A DNA stretch of 47,023 nt, the filler included, from Sphacelaria rigidula (Eukaryota), in assembly GCA_964200075.2 (NCBI GenBank). It is 2 parts of 2 records of this genome, joined end to end, with 100 filler letters (N's around TTAATTAATTAA, not from the genome) between each part and the next. Parts side by side here need not be neighbours in the genome. Positions count along the whole stretch, not along the records: positions 23,565 to 47,023 come from CAXNAA020000262.1; 1 more part is not named here. The stretch is one strand, 5' to 3'. Shown one piece after another: positions 36,501 through 47,023 of this stretch. Made by a program: the position numbers and the translations under genes. Below the pieces are notes generated by a model that was given only the letters and a program-made list of their open reading frames with translations, was not told the origin of the DNA and did no database searches. The stretch's first letter is position 1. Every line of letters begins with the position of its first letter.

Positions 36501-36929
36501 TCGGTATCGAACCGTCACGGGATGGTACATCGTGGAACGGTATCGGAACGTCACGGGATGGTACATCGTGGATTATGGGAGTTGCAGTCGCAACCGCTGT
36601 AGAGCCGTCTCAGGATGTTACGTGGTGAGGCCTGCTCGTACTTGTAGGCTGCTGGTCGTCAAGTCCCGTAGGTGGCGCAGTGCTCTTCAGATGTTGCTGA
36701 AGAGAGGATGGTGGAGTATCTTCCTTCCCACTGTGGCGAAGACGATTCAAAGTTCGACTGCGTGTACGGGGGAATCGTTTGTCCCTCGACCCCTGGGAGG
36801 AAACGGGGCTAATGGGTTGCGACATACTGGGGAAAGGAGAAGTACAGGAAAATCGCACTTACGATCCGACAAGTCTAGCACAGTAAATAAGGCGATGTAG
36901 TCCGATTTAGGCAAGGGGTGCAATGCCAA
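33563..36929 (-). pseudogene. Long fragmented low-complexity ORF upstream of the Gag core (extended ORF1 or extra ORF)
   Basis: Successive minus-strand ORFs (33614-34153, 34030-34770 with one TAG, 34780-35769, 35803-36489, 36610-36929) tile most of the interval; 66-bp (~35050-35185) and 36-bp (36502-36572) tandem duplications. Confidence 0.5.
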
Positions 36930-36940
36930 GCAGGGAGGGG

Positions 36941-38097
36941 CAAGGGCAGCCTGTTACCTGTACTACGAAGGACCTGTAATTCCTGCGCCCAGGCAATGTG
37001 GTGCCCGAAAAGACAGAAACAATGAAAAGCTGTATTCAGTCGATGCTGTGCTATGGCGGAACGTTGAACAGGTCAAAACGAGGGAAGCCTACTGTCGGTA
37101 CTTCGAAAGGCCTGTGCCGGTAAAGACGGGAACAAATATTTCTGCACGCAGTCAAATACTGTGCCGCGGCGCGGTGTCAAACAGGTAGAAACAGTGGCGG
37201 CCGACTCTCCGTACCAAAAAACTTGTCGCGGTAGAGACGGAAAAAATAGTGTCTATACTCAATCGACGCGGTGCCACGACGTAACGTCCAACAAGCAGAG
37301 AAGAGGGCAACCTGCTGTCGGTACTCCGAAAGACCTGTGCCGGTGAAGACAGAAACAAACATATTCTGCACGCAGTCAAATGCTGTGCCGCGGCGCGGTG
37401 TCAAACAGGTAGAAACAGTGGCGGCCGACTCTCCGTACCAAAATACTTGTCGCGGTAGAGACGGGAAAAATAGTGTCTGTACTCAATCAACACGGTGCCA
37501 CGGCGTGACGTCCAACAAGCAGAGAAGAGGGCAACCTACTGTCGGTCCTCCGAAAGACCTGTGACGGCGAAGACAGAAACAAACATTTTCTGCACGCAGT
37601 CAAATGCTGTGCCGCGGCGCGGTGTCAAACAGGTAGAAACAGTGGCGGCCGACTCCCTGTACCAAACTACTTGTCGCGGTAGAGACGGGAAAAATAGTGT
37701 CTGTACGCAATCAACGCGGTGCCACGGCGTGATGTCCAACAAGCAGAGAAGAGGGCAACCTACTGTCGGTCCTCCGAAAGACCTGTGCCGGTGAAGACAG
37801 AAACAAATATTTCTGCACGCAGTCAAATGCTGTGCCGCGGCGCGGTGTCAAACAGGTAGAAATAGTGGCGGCCGACTCCCTGTACCAAAACACTTGTCGC
37901 GGTAGAGACGGGAAAAATAGTGTCTGTACGCAATCAACGCGGTGCCACGGCGTGACGTCCAACAAGCAGAGAAGAGGGCAACCTACTGTTGGTCCTCCGA
38001 AAGACCTGTGCCGGTGAAGACAGAAACAAACATTTTCTGCACGCAGTCAAATGTTGTGCCGCGGCGCGGTGTCAAACAGGTAGAAATAGTGGCGGCC
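36941..38097 (+). repeat. 223-224 bp tandem array (~4.5 units), each a dimer of related ~112-bp monomers
   Basis: GCAGTCAAAT..TGTGCCGCGGCGCGGTGTCAAACAGGTAGAAA at 37149, 37373, 37596, 37819 and 38043; degenerate monomers at 36941-37140. Confidence 0.95.
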
Positions 38098-38699
38098 GTT
38101 GTAAAGATGTCCGTGGGCACCGGATGGTTTTCGCACGGGTGTTTCACGCAAACAACCCATGAACAAACCCTGCAGTGAACTGTGTACAATTCTTTGCTGC
38201 AAAGCGAAATGTGGTCTGGCGAGAGTCCACGTCAAATGCAGCAGCTGCCTATGAGCAGCGATGCACTTGGTGCAGCGTTTCCTGCCACAACCTGGGGCAG
38301 AGCGTGTGTCCTGTCGAAAAATAGAACACGGGCGGGGCGAAAATGCTAAAGACGTTAGCCGGGGTGCGTAGCCGTTCTATATATAAACAAACAGGGAAGG
38401 GTGCCTGTGCAGATATAACGAGGAGCAGGAAAGTGCAGATGCGCACCAAAATATGTGCACAGGTCGTGTGAACGACTGTTGTTGCAGCAAGCCGCTAGTC
38501 GCCAAAAGGCTGTAAGGCACAAGTACTATGTACGGTACACACACGGAGAAAAGCATATGCAGTAGCTAAGAGCTGACTACGTAGCAAGCGGAGGCAACTA
38601 GCTCCGGGGCGCTACAAGTAAATTTGACTACTACTAACGAAAATCCAAGAAAAGAGGGAACGTCGGTACCTGTAAAAGCAACCAAAGACTGCTACGGGA

Positions 38700-41219
38700 A
38701 CGTGATGCGATTCGAGAAAAACAGAGACCACTCCGTTGTAAAAAAAAAGGAAACGCAACCGCAAGGGGAGAGATTCCTTTGTCGAACGCCAATTGTCAAG
38801 GGGATAGGCCGCGTGCATGAAGTATACGAGTCGCTAGCAATACTCGGTGAGTATACAAGACAAGAGCCCAACAACGGACTCGAGAAATCAGTGACTGTAA
38901 CCCTTGATGTGTCCGAGGTATTCTTTATGATCTCACGTGTAGGTTTAGTATATCTCTTGGTTAAATGCTGGGCGTCAACCTTCTTCTGCTTATCAAATCT
39001 CTCACGTTCAATCGCACTCGTCTCCCTCACCTCTCTTCACCCAATCTCCTACGTGTGGATAGTAATATATGAAGACTCACAACACATCGACATCTTCATA
39101 CCGCAGTCATTATGTGCACCTAGCCACAGCTGCTTAACTGCTGCGGACAGTTGGGAGGGTAAGATGGCTTCTTCGCTCGGTCGTAAGTGTTTCGCGTCAT
39201 CCCTGCAAAAACGAAATGCCACCTCAACCTCATTGTGAGATGGACCCCATTTTCCAGGATCCACTGTGATGATGATTGTGCACACAGTGATATATAAAAT
39301 ATGTGCTTCATATTCGACAGTCTAGCGTTGGTTTGGCACTCGTATCATCCGAAGACTAGGTATAGTAGTAAGAGAAGACAAGAGCATCGGATGGAGCTCG
39401 ATCACTCATGTATATGGTACGCAGCCAATCTTGCCAAGTGGTTGATGCCCCTGAGGCTTCCCGCGAAACTGCAGGCGGGACCACAGGCTTGCTGAGGAAA
39501 ATAGTAGTTTGCACGTTGCAGGCGCTGATGGACTCGGTGTATTGGCCGCACGATGGGATTTTTTGCTGGATTGTGTTAGGAGAGTGTAGTCGACAGTGAG
39601 TGGCAAGTGCAACGAGATAGGTATGCCAGAGAGAGGAAACATGTGATGCGCGGTAGCCTGAATAATGTCAGCAGCCCGATACGGTACGCTGTAGTATAAA
39701 AACTTCAAGCTGTAAAATACGGTACCTGGCCGTTGTTTTTTCACCGAACTGCTGAGAAACGACTCTTCTTGTTCAGCGTGTGAGTCCAGTTTGCCGAAAC
39801 AATTGGAATATATCAGGTGGGTAGGTAGAGGTGGTGAAACCTTTCCAACCATCATCAGCTTATACTCTCATCAAGTGTATGCCCAATCTCACCCCGCTCA
39901 CTGGCATGCACAGCAACCTTCCGCTAGTCTTGCCTCACCTTTTCACATGCTCTGTCGTGATGGGCTGTCTCATGACCCACCACGCCAGGATGTTATCGTG
40001 TACCCCGTATCAACAAATACTACAAACGGACCTAACTTCGTATTGCACACATAAATCCCTCACGGACTTGTTTTCGATCGCGACTGACCCACGGTAGCAG
40101 AAGCAGTAGCATATGCTTCCCAAATGTGCTGTGTTCGCAACCATCAATCACTTGAGGTATCTCAAACTCGACGTTCCCGATATAATTAACAGTGATTTTA
40201 CATTTATTTGAGTATATCGGGAAGCTCTAGTTTTGAGTTTGAGATATCTCAACTGTTGCAACAATAAGCTCTGTGTCGCTGGTTCAGTGAAAAGCAGCCG
40301 CAACGCTCCCGCTGCTGCAGCTCTACGGCTTTCATGCATGAAGACTGCGACTTGGCTGCGGGGGACGCCCTCTGCGAGTAATACACCCAAATGGTTATTA
40401 AATCAACAGCTCATCTCCAGACACCTCGCCGACTCAACCATTACATTGAAGGAGAGACGATCAATCAACCCCTCCGCCGCCAGGGTGGGTCGTCTGCTGA
40501 AATGAAACACCTTCAATCGAAATTGTGACTCTGGGCGCAAATGACTCACCCTGACGAGTAATGGGCTGCTGCAGAAACCCCTAACGTCTCGAAACATGAA
40601 TCTGACTGACAACTTCCAGAAAAAACCTGGCAATTGTGCCACGCAGAACACGGACGCCCTGGGGCGGTCTGTGTCGTTCATAATGATATCTAAAACAGAA
40701 AAGCCAGAGTTTGCTTTCCGCAGCGATAATGCACATATTTTTACTGTATACATTCATACCGTATTCAGGTTATAGATGCGCAACGTTGCTTGAGCAACCG
40801 CTGCAAAATGACAGGGACTGATCTACTAAGCCCTGAATGTAGGTTAAGTCAATTATGTATGTACACGCCGCTAGCTCTCATTTTGGTCGACTACATGCTG
40901 CAATGTATTGAAAGTTATCACAGGTATCTCAAGCTCAAGTTTTCCCGCATATTCAACAGTAAAGCCAATACTCCAGCAGCAGGCGAAATGTGGATCAAAA
41001 CCCCTTCAAGTCCCGAGCTTCTGACCATTCACAAGAACAAGAATGTATAGATGCGTGTTTCTCCGCAGTTCGGTCGAATGACATCAGCCTGTGTTTTTTA
41101 TTCATTGAAGCTCGGTTCAACAGCATAACAGTGGCCGGCACCGTATTTCTTTTTTCCATTGGCTTAAAACATCCCATTTTACCGCGGATTTTCTGGCTCC
41201 TCCTGTTTTCCTGGCTCAT
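38700..41219 (-). pseudogene. Probable decayed KDZ-superfamily (CxC/HMGXB3-like) transposase
   Basis: Fragments in the expected order: LRIYNLNTV*MYTVKI (~40780), KTSGRLLCMPVSGVRLGIHLMR (~39930-39865), PLPTHLIYSNCFGKLDSHAEQEESF (~39830-39760), TVFYSLKFLY. These resemble TGG...CPHG...GFHLM / P..IIYDNAC.L / F.VDRFH. Many lesions. Confidence 0.4.
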
Positions 41220-41341
41220 GCGCGCTTCACGCCCTCACGCCCCCTCTCCTGCCAGTACCATCACAACAGCACCAGCAACCAGCAACAACACAGCTCTTCA
41301 TACACACCACCAGAGATCCCTACTTTTCATCGAGTGCAACA

Positions 41342-41444
41342 ATGCGAGCAGTCATCAAGTTGCTTGTTCTCCTCGCGGTGGTGGCTGCACCGACGGCCTT
41401 CGCTGAGGGCCTCAGGGACGTCGATCACTACGAGAAATCAGGCT
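41342..41444 (+). CDS. Exon 1 of a small secreted Ser/His/Lys-rich protein (signal peptide)
   Basis: CAACAATG start; MRAVIKLLVLLAVVAAPTAFA|EGLRDVDHYEKSG has a basic n-region, hydrophobic h-region and A-F-A cleavage site; GTGAGT donor at 41445, phase 1. Confidence 0.8.
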
Positions 41445-41480
41445 GTGAGTTGTGGTTGTTTCTGGGATTTCCCCCTTTTG

Positions 41481-41583
41481 CACTAGAGTAGGTATTTCAA
41501 GCTCGAGGTTCTCGGTACATTTCACAGTAATTTACGGTAAAACACACGGGGAACCTCGACATTGAGACACCTCTGCCAATGTG
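41481..41583. repeat. ~100-bp imperfect hairpin (MITE-like) in intron 1
   Basis: AGGTATTTCAAGCTCGAGGTTCTCG versus CGGGGAACCTCGACATTGAGACACCT. Confidence 0.6.
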
Positions 41584-43063
41584 CATCCCTTTCAAAATTT
41601 GGAAGGGAGCTGCGATGGCTGCCAGTAGTGGTCCGCAGTAAATTCTACATGTATGCGAATATGTAGTTGGTTGTTCCGTGTTTTCCTCCCGACATTTCAG
41701 TTATTGTGTAGCGAGTCACTCAGAAATCTTCGCCTCCGGGGAATTGGTGCAAGGACACCCAGGTCGCAAGACGCGCACACGTGATACATGGACTCATGAA
41801 AAAACATGTTCAGAGTCGAAGATGTGAGGTCGACGCTTGGCCTGATAACAGTCCTCGGATCTCAGTGTATAAAAAGGTTTATAGACCGGCTGAACACATT
41901 TTACCCCGATAATTCTACTGTGAAATAGTAAGCATGCTCAGATCGCAAGGTTAGAAATTATGTCATAAAGGCTGGACATCTACAGGGGTCATCCACTCAG
42001 CGCTCTCCCGTGACCCATCTTTCGGCGCCTTCCCAGCGTGAGGACAGTACAGGCACTGGGCATGCCAACACCGTATTACTTGCTTTCTTTGTAATTTCCG
42101 AAGAAAACAACTCGCCTTCGTACCAAACGAACGGAACCTACAGTACTCGGTGCAATATGCATCAGGCGGTTGTAGCAGGCAGACGGCACATGGCCTGCTT
42201 GAGAACGAAGCGATCAAGCACGTGGGCGCTTCATCGCCAGTATTAAAACTGCTACAAGTGGCGCCCGCCTGTTATATGCTACGCAAAATTGTGTCGCAAT
42301 GTCAATTTCCCCGTAATGCACTCTGCTCGATATCTCTACAGTTTGGCGCAATTGATTTACAGGATGAAAATTGTCGATCGTCAACAAACTCCCGCCACCT
42401 TGTGCGTAGTGCTGGCACGCAGGCTTTCGTGTATGAGGAACAGCCTTGGCATACGCCTCGAAAAAGAGGAGTTATTCAATTTTGAGTTGCGCTGACTACG
42501 AATACGCGTGTTTCCATAGTCGAATTAGTGAGAGCCCAGCTTGCTGCTACAGGATGAGTCGCTGATCGCCAGGTAGGTGCATACCTGTTTATGTCCTCTC
42601 CCCACTCTTGGCGCGTCCGAGAGATCCATGAGCTTATCCGATATTTTCTAGTGGTGGATCATGAGCGTCGAATGGATATGTCGTGTTGAAAGTATGTGTC
42701 ATTGCAGCCATCTCAGTGCGGTTGGGGCACCACTCTTGTGGGGAAGAAGCCCCGGCCCGATCGGGGTTGACATGGTAATAGGGATGCACGGAACGCCAAT
42801 GTTGGCAGTGCAAAGACTCTTCACAATCGTGTTCAATCGACTGCAGGGGTTACTATATAGTAGCTCTCATGTTCAGACAAGCCTGGCAGAAAGCGGGTGC
42901 ACGTATGTGCGCAGCCTGGCAAAAGGCCGGTGTACGTGTATGAGCCCCTGAATAGAGCGGGTGTCGGAGAAATAGCGACCATGGCTTAATCTGCAATAAT
43001 GCCACCCGCCTGACAATGAAGTATCATATATATATGTTAGATCGAAATTATCACTGCTCACAG

Positions 43064-43105
43064 AACAATGCCATCGTTTCGCCGGAACTTTCTGGGCCAG
43101 TGACG
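43064..43105 (+). CDS. Candidate 42-nt internal/alternative exon (xQCHRFAGTFWASD)
   Basis: CCTGAC branch-like site (~43009), CTCACAG acceptor, GTAAGT donor, phase 1-1. Direct joining to exon 1 would create TAA. Confidence 0.45.
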
Positions 43106-43360
43106 GTAAGTTTGTTTTGTGTGTACATTATTGGGCAAGTTACGGTTCGGCTGGAAAAATAATGGTGTTCATAGACGATTCTATAAAATGAGGCTGTACG
43201 ATGAAGTGGGGCTCAAGCCCAAAACAGTGCTTTTCCTACACTTTCAGCGATAGTGCCCTGTGACGTTTTCGTCGGCATCGCACAACCTCATTTGATAGAA
43301 TCGTCTGTTTGCTGTTTTCCCTAGCATTATACAAACTAACACATGTGTTTCGACTATTTC

Positions 43361-43575
43361 GGTGGAACACAAATTTCGACTTCACGGTCGACGGGCAAAG
43401 GGGCCGCTGAACCCTTTTCGCGCAAAACATGCAAGCGTCCCAGAAAGAACGGGGAGAACTGAGAAACAAAAAAAGTCCTGTGTTGGTCTTTCTCCTGTGT
43501 GACCCCAGGTAATACGCCAACATGTACCAAAGTGTGTAAACTGGCGTCCAGAATAGATGGAATGGCAACAGACAC
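43361..43575 (+). mobile_element. 5'-truncated SINE copy (same family as 16354-16718)
   Basis: CTCCTGTGTGACCCC, GGCGTCCAGAAT, GATGGAATGGCAACA match the reverse complement of the 16354-16600 body. Confidence 0.75.
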
Positions 43576-43588
43576 CGACAAATCGCTG

Positions 43589-43591
<3 letters not shown>

Positions 43592-43633
<42 letters not shown>
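43592..43633. repeat. (TA)n microsatellite
   Basis: Read directly. Confidence 0.95.
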
Positions 43634-43637
<4 letters not shown>

Positions 43638-43774
43638 GTGCATACATCGACAGATGATGAGGAATAAACACGGCGTAGCTATAACGAATTTCTGTGAATT
43701 TCTGATCTTCAACTGGTAGAACCAGTGTAAACCACGACTCCGGCCCTCGTTCGACTCCTGCGACTGATGCCTTA

Positions 43775-43964
43775 GGACGTGTCCTATCAAATTGTTTTCG
43801 ACTCGAAAACGTACGGTGGAATCAAATTTGCTTGTACCTGATGCATCGAAGGCATTCGTGTTCTCAACCATCTGAGAAAATTCGTAGCATGGACGAATAA
43901 AAAACGAGCGAGTTCGATTCGACCGCACGTTTTCGAAACGAAAACAGCTTGATAAGATACGGCC
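43775..43964 (-). mobile_element. PIF/Harbinger-type MITE (190 bp), copy 2
   Basis: TIR GGACGTGTCCTATCAAATTGTTTTC / GAAAACAGCTTGATAAGATACGGCC; TSD TTA; reverse-complement homolog of 7373-7562. Confidence 0.85.
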
Positions 43965-44094
43965 TTACAATAATTTCATCGCCTCTAGAATGAAAATTTC
44001 ATCACCGCTGATGACAACCCGATTGCTGTGCTGACGTACTACCTGTACAAAAATGTTGTTCGTTCTACGTTTTCTCACTCCTCTGGTAAAACAG

Positions 44095-44136
44095 ACAAGT
44101 GCGACGACCACAAGAAGTGCGGCGACGGCTGGAAGG
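44095..44136 (+). CDS. Internal 42-nt exon (xKCDDHKKCGDGWK) of the small secreted protein
   Basis: GCTGAC branch-like site (~44030), pyrimidine tract, AAACAG acceptor, GTGAGT donor; phase 1-1, in frame with exon 1 and the last exon. Confidence 0.75.
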
Positions 44137-45422
44137 GTGAGTGATGTAACTGGTTTTCAAGTGCATGACAAACGGTTTACTTCCCCTCGAGAAGCACATG
44201 ATAAAACTGGAAAGATTGGCGACCTTCCCAACCCGAACCGTGATGATCGACCCACCCCCTCCCCGAGACACTTTTCGCAGCTGCGACAAGCTCTTCTGAC
44301 GTGCTGCTACGGTCACATTGCGAGAAAACACGGAATAGTAGTTGTCACCGGGGCGTACCGGTTTGTCCGAATACCGTGTTGCATGAAGTTTTCATACCCA
44401 GAAAGTTTTGAGAATGCCTTTTAACGAGAACTCAGCATGATGGCCCATAGTATGTCTGTTGAACGGGGCAAGCCCCCCCGAAAGACTGCTCGTCGTTCGC
44501 GAGACGACCTTGGTGGCCGAAGCTTGCAAACCACGGTAGTTTGCCTGCGTGCGGCTTGCCGGGATCAGCTACAGATCCCTTCTGTTCCATCAATGTCTCA
44601 GCCAAGATTCCGTTGCACCTCGAGTGAAATCATTTCAATTGATCATTTTCCTGAAATTTTTGTCGTACGTACTAAGATCGCGTCGAGTCACAAGAAATGT
44701 ACCAGAAGACGGACATAAATCCTTCACGTTGACCTTGTGTCAGATAGCCTCCAGCAACGCATTACTCTGTCTGACAAATCCAATATTTTTGGCTGTTGGA
44801 ATGCTCGAGATTTCTTGGTTTCATTTGCTTTCGAGTGTGAGATATACAACATATCTACTGAGCTAAACAGTCAGCGCGGACTGATACCTCAGTGGATATG
44901 TTGTATATCTAATATCGACGACCCCTTGTTTTGTGGTTTCGATAACCCAGCCGCACCGCGTTGTGTATCATCAAAATGTTATTGCTACTCACGCAGTTTC
45001 ATGTTTTCAAAGACATAAATCAGGTGCTTGTGAGCAACAGCAACGTAGAAGACTGATATCTGCTGATAATTGAACTCCCATCTACTCCACCGGAATCCGT
45101 GCTGAGATGTAGCAGGTTTGAACCACCAGGGCGCGACGGCTGGCACATGCTGGTACATGCTTTAGAGAAGCACCATGTAGGTTGCTATGTACAAACCGTT
45201 ATTCCCAATAATATTATTTTGATGTCAGTCCCAGGGGTCTTTGGTAACTGTGGGGGTCGTGAACCCATGTATCTTGGGATTTGCGCGAGGTAATCACACA
45301 GCCTGCCGTCCATCGGGTTGGGTGCCGACATATATATATATATATATATTACCGTCTGGCGATCATAATACTTCGTAGTTGACAACGTCCGTGTGTTGTT
45401 GTATGCCCGTCTTGCGGTCCAG

Positions 45423-45556
45423 ACTCCTCCAGTGACTCCAAGGATCGTCACAAGCGTTCCAGTTCCAGCAGTCACTCCAGTTCCAGCAGCCACTCCAAGC
45501 GCAAGGACTCCAGTTCCAGTGACTCCAAGGACCACAAGCACAAAAAGAAGCACTAA
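45423..45556 (+). CDS. Last coding exon (DSSSDSKDRHKRSSSSSHSSSSSHSKRKDSSSSDSKDHKHKKKH*)
   Basis: GTCCAG acceptor at 45422, phase 1; TAA at 45554-45556; GTGAGT donor 5 nt later (3' UTR intron). Exons of 103+42+134 = 279 nt give a 92-aa ORF. Confidence 0.75.
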
Positions 45557-45903
45557 GCAATGTGAGTGGGATACCTTTCATTAAAACGACGCTCGCTGTA
45601 AGAAGCCTTCGTACGGATACCGGGGTTAGCTGGGTGCTGGTCGCCCGAGCTTCACGAACACTGGTGCAATGGGAGCCATTCGCCAACTACCACTTCTATG
45701 ATGATTTTTTTTTCGTGCTGAACGTCTGTTGATGAGCTTTTGATAGTTGAACTTCGATATGTCGGCTTCAGCTCTCGTTGTGGTTGCAATATTTCAGTGG
45801 TGAATGTTTCAGACACCGGAGTGATTGGACAGGTGTTATTGCGGTGTCAAGCGTTTTTATTGTTGTCAAGCGTGGGCCGAAAAAGATCCATGCGATACTG
45901 CTA

Positions 45904-46297
45904 CGGTATAGGGGTTGCACATTTGGGCCTGGATATTTGTCATCCAGGCGCTCCTAACGTTGGGAGCTGCCCGATAACAAAAGTCAGGACATTCGCGTTT
46001 CCGAAATCATTCAGGGTATTCCCAGCCCATTCGGAATGGCGCATCGTAGTTCGAAACACCTCAGGATCGACGTTTCTCAAAACCAATCGAGCCAGTCCCT
46101 GCAGGGACCAAGACCCTGACCCTTACCTTGACAGCAATAACCCTAACCCTAACCTCAACTCCTCTAAGCACGCGGACCTCTCACGCATCACAATTATAAT
46201 CGTGGCGTGTTCTCACATATTTCATGCCTGGTTTTCTCGGTTCAGCAAGAGGGCGTTCAACAATCCCACTCGAGAAAATATTTGTGCACCCCTGCCG
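45904..46297 (+). mobile_element. Tc1/mariner-type MITE (family of 20235-20432) with an internal telomere-like AACCCT motif
   Basis: TA + CGGTATAGGGGTTGCAC ... GTGCACCCCTGCCG + CA; AACCCTAACCCTAACC at ~46139-46154. Confidence 0.65.
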
Positions 46298-46840
46298 CAG
46301 CACCACTCCCATACACACATGATTGCCGCGGGAAATGCGCTGTAACTTACCCTGCAAAACTGTTGTTATATGGACAGTTTGTTTATAAAACAGCCATCAT
46401 CCATTTCGAGGATGAAGCTTTTCATCGAGGACGGAACACCCGGAAATTAATGTTTTTGCATCACAAATAAAATACAAAATATGGTACCATTCCTTCACCT
46501 GCTAGAAGCTTTTGACAACTACTACGCACGCCATAAAAGTTGGATTCCGATTACCGATATTGGGGGTTACTACGTGAAAAACAAAAATGTCGAGAATTTG
46601 GGTGATGCGATCGGATCACCTAGATTCCCAATAAATACTGTTTCTTCACCTAGGACCCCAACATGTCGGTTATCAGAATCTCAATTTGCATGGCGTGTAG
46701 TAGTTGTCAAGAGCTACCAGCAGATGAAGTAATTGAACCATATCTCGAAGAATTGGTGTGGATGCGAAGGTATCATTTTTTCGAGTTATCATCCTCAAAG
46801 CAAAGACACTTTCTACGATAGCCCCCCCCCCCAAAACGTG

Positions 46841-46917
46841 CATGTGCTCCGTCTCGAACGGGATGCGTGGTCAATGGTCAAACGACTAAGGCGAGCAACA
46901 AATGAGTACGCCCCCCC
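46841..46917 (+). mobile_element. Short LINE 3'-terminal fragment
   Basis: GATGCGTGGTCAATGGTCAAACGACTAAGGCGAGCAACAAATGAGTACG matches ~21265-21315. Confidence 0.8.
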
Positions 46918-47023
46918 AAAACAATTGCATGGTTTTGGGAGGCAAAATCTGCACGTAAATTGAAATGGGAAAAGCCGAGCACAACGAGAAGCTGGGAATT
47001 CCCACCCTTGGGTTCGTTCTAGG

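Larger units (their letters stand above)
25444..38097 (-). mobile_element. Large Ty3/gypsy chromodomain-bearing LTR retrotransposon, pseudogenised, 5' LTR missing
   Basis: Domain order gag-PR-RT-RH-IN on minus. Inclusion of 33600-38097 is inferred from near-continuous coding-like frames and an adjacent tandem array. Confidence 0.8.

Noticed and set aside
36941-38097. CRISPR array or repeat-protein gene
   Set aside because: Units are near-identical along their whole length with no spacers, and 223/224 bp is not a multiple of 3.
42553-42572. 20-nt exon candidate (CTACAG...GTAGGT)
   Set aside because: It creates a stop or phase conflict with the neighbouring exons.
43236-43928. 230-aa minus-strand ORF
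   Set aside because: A chance read-through of a MITE, a TA microsatellite and a SINE.
46139-46154. Telomere
   Set aside because: Fewer than three AACCCT units, located inside a MITE.

Overview
Eukaryotic, transposon-dense 47 kb window. It is probably from a brown alga; this is an inference from the SINE/LINE families, splice-signal style and TTAGGG motifs. An artificial 100-nt contig linker sits at 23465-23564, so the two halves may not be truly adjacent. Main contents: (1) an intact ~714-aa Ty3/gypsy-type Gag ORF (4146-6290, minus) with no intact pol, next to a heavily decayed pol remnant, so a candidate domesticated capsid gene; (2) a large pseudogenised Ty3/gypsy element (~25444-38097, minus) with PR-RT-RH-IN, an integrase tail carrying a chromodomain plus a PWWP/Tudor-like domain, a very long ORF1 and an upstream 224-bp higher-order tandem array; (3) a spliced host gene missed by the ORF track (41342-45556, plus) encoding a ~92-aa secreted Ser/His/Lys/Asp-rich protein; (4) a probable KDZ-type transposase remnant, LINE fragments, tRNA-derived SINEs, several MITE families, a ~470-bp foldback and an AGCT-rich modular repeat. 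All domain calls come from reading motifs by eye; no searches were run.
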